A DNA stretch of 64,000 nt from Chloracidobacterium sp. (lineage in GTDB: Bacteria; Acidobacteriota; Blastocatellia; Pyrinomonadales; Pyrinomonadaceae): contig JAYVUD010000266.1 in assembly GCA_043788335.1 (NCBI GenBank), forward strand, positions 1,332-65,331. The letters are read 5' to 3'. This document shows, piece after piece, positions 28,996 through 36,925 of this stretch (the first letter of the stretch is position 1; each line of letters starts with the position of its first letter). The notes below the pieces were generated by a model. It had not been told where the DNA came from, did no database searches, and saw only the letters and a program-made list of their open reading frames with translations. Made by a program: the position numbers and the translations under genes.

Positions 28996-29504
28996 ATGAT
29001 AATTCTCCAACAAACGTCAGTTTGGTGTTCCGGTTGATTCGAGCGTTGACGGAGGCTGTGGCTTTCTACACTGAGCAGGATCACGGTGAGTGTCGACAAG
29101 CTGAAGTTTGTCGAACGCTCATAGACCGCCGCGATCTCGTTAAAAACACGGTTGCCGCGACGGCGTGGCATTGTCCCGGCTCTCGTCAATTTTACTAATA
29201 AATAGTAAGAATCTGCCATAAAGTAGGAATCATTCATACCAAAAGTTAAAATGGGACAAAAGATGGGACAGGCTAAACCGCTGTGTTTGTTGGCCTTAAG
29301 TAAGTTTGTCCCATTTCCCACCGCTTTTTGATCTTTCCGAACGCCCTCGGGACAAGCGTCGGGACCCCAAGTGAGGTACTTAACAACCATTTTGTCGCAC
29401 TTATTACTTGAATGTAGGGGTTGCTGATAGGAATTTGGCCACGAATTTCGCGAACGGCACGAATCGGCGGGCCGAACCGTCTTTCCGCGCTCGTTTGAGT
29501 ATAG

Positions 29505-29655
29505 GCACGCTCCCGCAGGGCGTGCTGGGAGAGCGGACACTCTTGTCCGCAACGCCGGTTCGTCCGGCGTGAGATTAGTCGTAATTCCGAGATATTTCGA
29601 TGTTCGCGTCGGGTCTGGACGCCGAAGCGGCGTCCATGCGGACAGGAGTGTCCGC
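29505..29655. repeat. cluster of five GC-rich perfect hairpins (REP-like)
   Basis: GCACGC..GCGTGC (29505..29525), GCGGACAC..TTGTCCGC (29533..29550), ACGCCGG..CCGGCGT (29552..29570), GGACGCC-GAAG-GGCGTCC (29617..29635), GCGGACA-GGAG-TGTCCGC (29638..29655). Confidence 0.8.
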
Positions 29656-29665
29656 GCTCCGGCGT

Positions 29666-29806
29666 GGTCTGCGATTCATTGTGGAACAGCACGTTCTAAT
29701 CACGATTACTGTTAAACGGCGGATCGAGATATACCAGATTGACCGACTCATCCCGGATGTGTTCCCGCGAGATCTTTAGATTGTCGCCGTAGTAGAGGGT
29801 GTTCAT
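29666..29806 (-). pseudogene. N-terminal stub of an N6/N4 DNA methyltransferase (DPPF motif) with an in-frame TAG
   Basis: The minus strand from ATG 29806 reads MNTLYYGDNLKISREHIRDESVNLVYLDPPFNSNRD-TAG(29696..29698)-NVLFHNESQ. Similarity is then lost in the hairpin repeats. Confidence 0.65.
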
Positions 29807-30387
29807 TGGGATTCGATCGCGGGAAATGTAGCATTAACGGGATTGGGTTAGCAAGAAACCGGGAGGCGGACGTAAAAGGTGAGAAGTTAGATGACCCCAA
29901 TCTTCCTCCGCCGTCCGGTGCTACGGTTTCCTCAAGGAGATCTTTGCCGACAGATGTTTTGCGGCAGAGCCGCCGGGATGTCGATGGGGCGTGTGACGGC
30001 GAGGCAAGCCGTCGCCGCGGTGCGAAGGGACAAAGCCCAAAACCGGGATATCAACGTCGATGCTTCGATCGGCGCCAAGATAGGGTTGAGTGTTTCGCCC
30101 TTGCTTACGCGCGGGCTTGCGCACGCGTTGCCGAGGCCCGCGTGGTAGCAAGGGCGACGGGGAATCGAGCGGCGACGGGTGGTGTTGAAACGCGGGGTTG
30201 TTTTGCTCAGAGAATTTGCCGCATAACGATCTGCCAAAAACGTGGTATCATCGGCGTAAATAAACCGCAACGGGTCGGCAGTTCGGGATCGGCGGAGAAA
30301 CGCAAAAATTTCGACGGCGAACCGTCAGGTAGACAGGCGGCATCGTATTTGGGCGGCCGGTTGGACGGAGCAAGGTTGAGGAAAATT

Positions 30388-32223
30388 ATGAAGATCATTA
30401 GCTTTCGACGAAACGCATATCTGACGGCCGTTGTGCTGGCCGCGATCTCTATCGGCGGCGTTATGCCGGCGTTTGGCCAGGATCTGGTCCCGGTCGGCGG
30501 GCTCGGCGGCGGTTCGAGCGTGTTTGTATTTCGCGGCGGAGCAAAGGGCGGCGGAAGCAAGAAATTTACCTCATCGCGGGCGGTTCGAACCAAAGCTCAG
30601 CGAATGGAAACCGCCAAAAAAGTCAAAAAGCAATACGATACACAGGCCAAGGCTGATCCGCGTCGAATCAAGAGCGTCGTGGTCGCTCCTGATAAGGTCC
30701 CGGCGAACATCAAGACGATGTCCAAGGAAAACGCGTCCAAGCTTTTTGCAGGGGTCGCCGAATATTATGTCGAAAAGAATGACACCGAAAACTCGATCAA
30801 CTTTTTCCGTGAGTCGCTCGGCCTCGACGCAAATAACCTGAAAGCGAAACAGGGCCTCGGCGATGCACTTGCGACCAAGGCGACGGTCCTGCTGTTTGAC
30901 GAGCAGACGGCCAAGGCCAAGGCGTACTTTCTCGAAGCTTTGAAATATGATCCGCGAAATGCGTCCGCGTATTTCGGCCTCGGCGAGGCGTACACGGAGC
31001 TCGACCAGCGTGACGAGGCGATAGCAAATTACGAAAAGGCACTGAGCGGCGACCCAAGTTTGACTGAGATATACCTGCCGCTGGGCGTGTTGTATTTCCA
31101 AAAGGGCGAGATCGCCAAGGCCGATGACCTGCTCTCAAAGGCGACCACGACCTCGGGCGACACCGCCGAGACCGAGGTGCTGATCGGCCAGATCAGGATC
31201 TCGCAAAACCGCAACGACGACGCACTGACAGCATTTAAGCGAGCCAAGGCGTTTGATCCGGGCAATGCCGAGGCTAACTATTTCACCGGTGTTGTGCTGA
31301 TGAGACTCGGCAATCCGACGGATGCGCTCACTGAGTTTCAAAAAGCGATCGCTCTGCGGCCCACCTATTTTGAGGCTTTCCGCGAGAGCGGACAGGCATA
31401 TATGGAGCTCAAGAAATACGCCGAAGCCGTGACTGCTCTCAAATCTGCGGTCAGGCAGAAAAATGATAATGCCGAAACCTTTGTCGCCCTCGGCGAGGCA
31501 AATCGTCTGGCCGGAAACTATAACGACGCCGAATCAGCGTACGCGACGGCCAAGGACCTGTTGATGCGGAACAAGGACTTTAACAAGGACGAGGTCGCTG
31601 ACCTATACAGCAAGATCGGATACTCGATCGGGCGGCAGTGCGAGTTGAATATGCGACAGGCGATCGCGTGCAGGTGGCCGTTCGCGATCACGGCGTTCCA
31701 AAAAGCGACGGATCTGACCGGCAGCCCGATCGACCGTGCTAATCTCGGCTGGGCGTATTACAACGCTGCCCGCGTCGAGATCAACTCCCGCCGGCCTGAG
31801 GCCGCACGGCCGAGCCTCGAGCTTGCAAAATCGGAGCTCCAGCGTGCTCTGACGGGTGGTCCGACGATCGCGGACGGCGTTTTGCAAAACCTCGGCGGCG
31901 TCCAGATCGATCTCGGTGATTTTGCCGGGGCGGTCGAATCGCTGAAGCAGGTGGTCGCGCACAAGCCCGACTGGACGTTCTCAAAATACGCACTCGGGAC
32001 GGCGTACTTTAAGCTGAACGATTTTCAAAACGCCGAACGGATGTTCAACGCCGCTCTGGACGATGATCCGCAAAATGTCAGTTATCTGACCAGTCTCGGG
32101 TATGCCGAGATCAAGCTGCGGAACGTCAAAGAGGCTAAGAAGGTCATCGCCAAGCTCAAGAAACTTGATTCGGACCAGGCGGTCAATCTGGAAACGGAGA
32201 TGAAGTTTGCGGGCCTCAAGTAG
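30388..32223 (+). CDS. secreted TPR-repeat protein
   Basis: The track ORF starts at 29806. I prefer ATG 30388, which is followed by a signal peptide and the block QDLVPVGGLGGGSSVFVFRG shared with the paralog at 33442. Multiple TPR units follow. Confidence 0.8.
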   Translation: MKIISFRRNAYLTAVVLAAISIGGVMPAFGQDLVPVGGLGGGSSVFVFRGGAKGGGSKKFTSSRAVRTKAQRMETAKKVKKQYDTQAKADPRRIKSVVVAPDKVPANIKTMSKENASKLFAGVAEYYVEKNDTENSINFFRESLGLDANNLKAKQGLGDALATKATVLLFDEQTAKAKAYFLEALKYDPRNASAYFGLGEAYTELDQRDEAIANYEKALSGDPSLTEIYLPLGVLYFQKGEIAKADDLLSKATTTSGDTAETEVLIGQIRISQNRNDDALTAFKRAKAFDPGNAEANYFTGVVLMRLGNPTDALTEFQKAIALRPTYFEAFRESGQAYMELKKYAEAVTALKSAVRQKNDNAETFVALGEANRLAGNYNDAESAYATAKDLLMRNKDFNKDEVADLYSKIGYSIGRQCELNMRQAIACRWPFAITAFQKATDLTGSPIDRANLGWAYYNAARVEINSRRPEAARPSLELAKSELQRALTGGPTIADGVLQNLGGVQIDLGDFAGAVESLKQVVAHKPDWTFSKYALGTAYFKLNDFQNAERMFNAALDDDPQNVSYLTSLGYAEIKLRNVKEAKKVIAKLKKLDSDQAVNLETEMKFAGLK

Positions 32224-32325
32224 GGCCGAACGACATTGACGATCGGCGGCAATATTGCCGTTTGTTTCACGGCGATGCCGACCTTTTAACGGCGGCATCG
32301 CTTTTTTTTCGGTAGACGAGTAAAT

Positions 32326-33372
32326 ATGGCTGCGAGCGCCGCCGCGATCGAGGAAAATGTGCTGCTTGCACCGCTGACGACCTTTAGGATCGGCGGACCG
32401 GCACGCTATTTCGTCCGGGTGGCCAGGCCCGCAGAACTTCCGCGTGCGCTGGCGTACGCGGCCGAGCGGGCATTGCCCGTATTTGTACTCGGCGGCGGCA
32501 GCAATATTCTGGTTTCCGACACCGGATTTGACGGCGTCGTTATCAGTATCGGATCGAGCGGCATCGGCGTCGTCCGCGAAACCGATACAACGGTCGAGGT
32601 CGAGGCGGCGGCGGGCGAAGATTGGGACGGATTTGTCGGCTATTGTGTCGGGCGCGGTTACGCGGGCGTCGAATGTCTGAGCGGCATTCCGGGCCTCGTT
32701 GGCGGGACGCCGGTGCAGAATGTCGGCGCCTACGGGCAGGAGGTGGCCGAAACGATCGTTGAGGTCACGGTGTTTGATCGGGAATCGGGCGAGATCGTGA
32801 CGCTCTCAAATAGCGAGTGCGGGTTTGCATACCGCACGAGTATCTTTAATTCGACGGCACGCGACAGGTACATTGTCATTTCCGTCAGATTTGAGCTCAG
32901 AAAAGCTGGTGGTCCGGCGCTCGCGTATCGCGAACTCCGAGAGCGGTTTGCCGGCCGCACGCCGTCGCTCGGCGAGGTTCGCGAGGCGGTCATCGAGATC
33001 AGACGAGCGAAATCGATGGTCATCGACGCGGCTGATATCAATTCGCAAAGTGCGGGGTCGTTTTTCAAAAATCCGATCGTCGAGCGTGATGTTTACGAGC
33101 GGATCGCGGCCGGGTTCGACAACGTGCCGCATTTTGCCGCCGAGGGCGGCCTGGTCAAGATACCGGCCGCGTGGCTGATCGATAATGCCGGATTTGCGAA
33201 AGGATATGTTCGCGGCCGGGCCGGTATTTCGTCAAATCATACGCTCGCCCTCATTAATCGCGGCAACGCGGCGGCGACCGATATCATCGCACTCAAAGAC
33301 GAAATACAGGCCGGAGTCCTCGCAGCGTTCGGCATTGCGTTGACGCCGGAACCGATATTTGTCGGCTTTTGA
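32326..33372 (+). CDS. murB: UDP-N-acetylenolpyruvoylglucosamine reductase
   Basis: LAPLTTFRIGGPARYF, VLGGGSNIL, AGSFFKNP. Confidence 0.95.
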   Translation: MAASAAAIEENVLLAPLTTFRIGGPARYFVRVARPAELPRALAYAAERALPVFVLGGGSNILVSDTGFDGVVISIGSSGIGVVRETDTTVEVEAAAGEDWDGFVGYCVGRGYAGVECLSGIPGLVGGTPVQNVGAYGQEVAETIVEVTVFDRESGEIVTLSNSECGFAYRTSIFNSTARDRYIVISVRFELRKAGGPALAYRELRERFAGRTPSLGEVREAVIEIRRAKSMVIDAADINSQSAGSFFKNPIVERDVYERIAAGFDNVPHFAAEGGLVKIPAAWLIDNAGFAKGYVRGRAGISSNHTLALINRGNAAATDIIALKDEIQAGVLAAFGIALTPEPIFVGF

Positions 33373-33441
33373 GCCGCTAGGCAAAAAGCTTCATCTCAGA
33401 CGTCTCAATCAGGTATAATTGTGTTCTCATCGAGGTGTTTT

Positions 33442-35265
33442 ATGTCCCGTCAAAAACCTGCTTTTCGATTTATTTTCATCTATTTCGCGGTATTTTCGCT
33501 GATGCCCCAGGGCCTGCCTGTGAGAGCCCAGGATCTGGTCCCGACCGAATCGGTCGGCGGCGGGTCAAGCTCGTTTGCGTTTCGCGGGTCGAGTAGGAAG
33601 CCGCAGGCCGGCGGGGGCGGCGGGTACTCGTATGTCGGCGGCGGTGGAGGTTCTGGCCGGGTCGGCGTGGCAAAACATTCGCACGCACAAGCTCTGGCGG
33701 CAGCCAAAAGGCGTCGTGCCGCGGCTGCTTTGGCTCGAAAGAAAGCGATAGCCGCGGCCGCGACCCGGAAACTGCAATTGTCGAACACACTGACCGCGAA
33801 GGCCGAAACCTCGCTCGATGCGAGTAATTTTGACGCCGCAATTACCGATTTTCGCGCGGCCCTGGTACAAAATCCGAAAAACTCGCGTGCGAGATCGGGC
33901 CTGAGCGAAGCGTTGACCGAAAAGGGAATTCAGGTCGCCGGCGAAACCGATAACGAAGCGTCGATCGTCTATTTTGACGAGGCGATCGCGCTCGATGAGA
34001 CCAATGCGGCAGCCTACAGCAGACTCGCTGCCGTCTATGACGCCAGGGCGGTAAATGACAAGGCCGCCGCAAACTATAAGAAAGCGATCTCACTCGACAA
34101 GGAACTCGCGATGCTAAACGGCCCGCTCGGCCTGGTGTACATCGAGATGGGCAACATTGAAAAAGCGGAGGAGTGCCTGCACAGTGCCGACCTCGGGCAG
34201 GTGGACACGGTCGAGACGCGAAACTTGCGCGGCATGATCCTGTTCAAGCGGAATATGAACGCCGAGGCTCTCGCGGCGTTCGACCGGACGTTGCAGCTTG
34301 ATGGCCGAAACGTGCTGGCAAACTACTATCGCGGGCAGCTATTCGGCAGGCTCAATCAGCCGGCGGACACGGTCGCGGCGTACAAAAAGACGCTCGAGAT
34401 CGAGCCCGGATTTGCTCCGGCCTCATACGAACTCGGCGTTGCATATTACAACGCGGGCGACTATAACAATGCCGCAAATGCCTACCAGGAGACGATCAAA
34501 TACGACGCCGGCAACTCGCAGGCTCACGCTAATCTCGCCAGCACCTATCGCCAACTCGAACGCTATCCGGAGGCAAACGCCGAGTACAACACCGCGTCGA
34601 CCGGCGTCAAAAACCCTGATTTGTATAACGAATGGGGTTTTTGTCTCGGCAAGACCAACGAATGGGACAAATCGACCGAGCGTCTGATGACCGCAAACGA
34701 AATGGGCTCGACCGCCGTTGATAGCTCAAATGTCGGCTGGGCATACTATAACGCTGCCCAGGTCGACAAGGCGAACAAGGACGACGCGGCCGCAAAAGCC
34801 AAACTCGAAAAAGGAAAGCCATATCTGCTCACCGCGGTCGAAAAGGACCCCAAACTCGACGCTGCATACCTCAACCTCGGAGCGACGCACAACGGCCTCG
34901 GGGATTATCAGGCGGCGGTCACGGCACTGAATATCGCCGTCGGCCTGCATCAAAATTGGGTGATCGCGATCAATCAACTCGGCATCGGATTTCGCGGATT
35001 GAACGATCTCGCCAATGCTGTCGCAACATTCAAACGTGCCGTCGACCTCGACGGAAATTACCGTTACGGCCTGTTTAACCTCGGCGAGGCGTACAATGCC
35101 TCGGGCAACAAAAAAGAAGCCAAAAAGGTGAACGACCGCCTGCGACGGCTCGATCCGGCTCTCGCGTCCCAACTCGACTATGTCCTCTCGGGCAAGGTCG
35201 TCGTCGACGCGGCGAAAAACGAGATCCAAAAGAAGATCCCGAGAATCCCGAGGATACCGTATTAG
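33442..35265 (+). CDS. secreted TPR-repeat protein, paralog of 30388..32223
   Basis: ATG 33442, a signal-like segment, QDLVPTESVGGGSSSFAFRG, a Gly-rich and Ala/Lys-rich linker, then TPR repeats. Confidence 0.8.
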   Translation: MSRQKPAFRFIFIYFAVFSLMPQGLPVRAQDLVPTESVGGGSSSFAFRGSSRKPQAGGGGGYSYVGGGGGSGRVGVAKHSHAQALAAAKRRRAAAALARKKAIAAAATRKLQLSNTLTAKAETSLDASNFDAAITDFRAALVQNPKNSRARSGLSEALTEKGIQVAGETDNEASIVYFDEAIALDETNAAAYSRLAAVYDARAVNDKAAANYKKAISLDKELAMLNGPLGLVYIEMGNIEKAEECLHSADLGQVDTVETRNLRGMILFKRNMNAEALAAFDRTLQLDGRNVLANYYRGQLFGRLNQPADTVAAYKKTLEIEPGFAPASYELGVAYYNAGDYNNAANAYQETIKYDAGNSQAHANLASTYRQLERYPEANAEYNTASTGVKNPDLYNEWGFCLGKTNEWDKSTERLMTANEMGSTAVDSSNVGWAYYNAAQVDKANKDDAAAKAKLEKGKPYLLTAVEKDPKLDAAYLNLGATHNGLGDYQAAVTALNIAVGLHQNWVIAINQLGIGFRGLNDLANAVATFKRAVDLDGNYRYGLFNLGEAYNASGNKKEAKKVNDRLRRLDPALASQLDYVLSGKVVVDAAKNEIQKKIPRIPRIPY

Positions 35266-35485
35266 AGATCAGTACGGCCTGCTCTAGCGCGAGATTCAAC
35301 TTCGCCGGTAGCCTCGTTTTGAAGACGATCGGGAGGTTCGACAATGTCTGCAGGCGGCAAATTTCTAAGATTCTCGACTGTGTCAGCTACGATAACGAAA
35401 GTAAATGACCGCGCCTACCATTACTGCGGGATCGACGTGCTGAACGGGAACATCGGTCCAAATTGCAGACGGCGAGGATACGTAC

Positions 35486-35998
35486 GTGGCAAATAAGGAC
35501 CCAAAGAAACTCAAAAGGGTAATTTTACAAGCCGCCGAAGGAGGCCTTTTTGGTTGTTTTAGCGGAATTTTTATATACCTGTTTTTGTATCTGGTTTTTC
35601 AGTTGACGAGTTATTCCAGGGGGAGTGGCGGATCGAGCGGCGGCATAAATATTGATTTTGTCCCATTCGCCGTTCGATTTTCGTACCTCGTCATTTCATT
35701 TCTTGTCTTTTCTGCACTCTCACGCTTGTTGATCGCGCTATTTAGTAAACAAGCAATGAACTCGTTCACCGGTTGGATTGCGATTGGGGTAAGTTCGATT
35801 TGTTTATTGTACCTATCCGTTTTAATAACCGAAATATATAACACTGTGACTCTAATGGGCGAATGGTCCTGTTGCAAAGGGGACTCGTTCGACCTCGCGT
35901 TATGGCTTACGATATTGGTTTCACTTGTGATCTTTACGGCGATTTATGCAAAGGTGAGAAAATTCGCGGTTCATTTTTTGAATCCCGAACATTCATGA
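35486..35998 (+). CDS. hypothetical four-TM membrane protein
   Basis: GTG start with GAGGA 8 nt upstream, about four hydrophobic helices, and a visibly AT-richer sequence than the flanks. No family recognised. Confidence 0.5.
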   Translation: MANKDPKKLKRVILQAAEGGLFGCFSGIFIYLFLYLVFQLTSYSRGSGGSSGGINIDFVPFAVRFSYLVISFLVFSALSRLLIALFSKQAMNSFTGWIAIGVSSICLLYLSVLITEIYNTVTLMGEWSCCKGDSFDLALWLTILVSLVIFTAIYAKVRKFAVHFLNPEHS

Positions 35999-36172
35999 GG
36001 AAGAGTGGTCCAAATTCACCGGACACGACATTTCTCCGGTCAGTTGCACTGTGACAGAAAATTCAAGGCTACTGGTTTTGTGAAGATCGGGCGTTCCAAG
36101 AAACCAATAGAAATGCGATCGGATGAAATTGCGACCGGCGTTTGTAAAACGCCATAACGGAGGGGAACTGAC

Positions 36173-36697
36173 GTGAGATACATAGACATCGCTAGACCAA
36201 CACTAATTTGCGTATTGATTCTACTGTTTGCGCCGACATTTGCGAGATCGCAGAGTCCGACAGATGGAAGTAAATCCGGACGGGTAGAGATAGTCAAGAA
36301 CGACGCGGGATGGAAGATACCAAAGCATCGGCCAGATCAATTGGCAAGCCGTTCTCGGATCTCAATTGGTGGCGATATCGTCGATCAGCGGATTTTTCGG
36401 TTGGGCCGAACGCCGGCCTACGTGATCATCGATGTTTTTCAAAGCGACGCGGCAGTGATCGTCAATATCCATGATGTTAGCGTCAACACAGTCATTGAAT
36501 ACTCAAACGAACGACGTGTTTTTGCCTATGAGATACATTACTCGCCGATCTTGGTCAGCAAAAGCGGGGTTGAGACGATCGCCGGGGCGTCGATCACAAA
36601 GTACTATTCTGACGAGGACGGGGACGGAAAATTTGAAACCGCTTACGACGTTAAACAACTCCCCGACCATGTTCCGAAATGGGCGTTGGGTAAATAA
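36173..36697 (+). CDS. hypothetical secreted protein
   Basis: GTG start with GGAGGGG upstream. Signal-like LICVLILLFAPTFARSQ. A DEDGDGKFE calcium-loop-like motif. Confidence 0.5.
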   Translation: MRYIDIARPTLICVLILLFAPTFARSQSPTDGSKSGRVEIVKNDAGWKIPKHRPDQLASRSRISIGGDIVDQRIFRLGRTPAYVIIDVFQSDAAVIVNIHDVSVNTVIEYSNERRVFAYEIHYSPILVSKSGVETIAGASITKYYSDEDGDGKFETAYDVKQLPDHVPKWALGK

Positions 36698-36870
36698 TCT
36701 TAAAAGGGCGCCGAGCGATCCAATTTCAACGGGTTAGGACGGAGCGCCGAAAAATCGACTTTTATCGAATTCGAACGTTAGAGCCGACCTGTTTCGCCAA
36801 AGCGGGTTCACCGGTCGTTGGCGGGGAATTAGTCGCGTTGACGCCGAACGGCGGAATTTGGAACCTGATC

Positions 36871-36901
36871 GAGGCTGCCTTTTGGGAGGCGGCCTCTTTT
36901 T
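36871..36901 (+). terminator. intrinsic terminator upstream of carB (overlaps a TTGGGA-N17-TATAAT promoter candidate, 36882..36910)
   Basis: GAGGCTGCC (36871..36879) pairs with GGCGGCCTC (36888..36896; one G-U pair), followed by T5. TATAAT lies at 36905..36910, 15 nt before the carB ATG region. Confidence 0.45.
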
Positions 36902-36925
36902 GGGTATAATTGTGAGTTTAACAAA

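Noticed and set aside
28716-29552. A 278-aa minus-strand ORF spanning the 3' end of the repeat-protein gene and the hairpin region.
   Set aside because: It overlaps the solid FG-GAP coding frame and then reads through REP-like hairpins. It shows no recognisable domain.
29505-29655. A possible CRISPR array, suggested by the repeated GC-rich palindromes.
   Set aside because: The repeats differ from one another in sequence, their spacing is irregular, they are only 18-21 nt long, and there are no cas genes.
15500-29698. The idea that the two in-frame TAG codons (15500 and 29696) indicate TAG recoding or suppression.
   Set aside because: - The two codons replace different residues (Glu and Tyr).
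- TAG terminates several well-supported genes in the window.
- The methyltransferase is truncated regardless.
- Independent nonsense mutations are the simpler explanation.
29806-30387. A 194-codon in-frame upstream extension of the TPR protein ORF.
   Set aside because: - It contains no ATG and is Arg-rich.
- Several other frames are also open here, consistent with GC-rich sequence that has few stop codons.
- The paralog and the signal peptide both support a start at 30388.
35345-35497. A 50-codon ORF (MSAGGKFLRF...) between the second TPR gene and the AT-rich islet.
   Set aside because: It has no clear ribosome-binding site, no recognisable features, and overlaps the next gene's start region.
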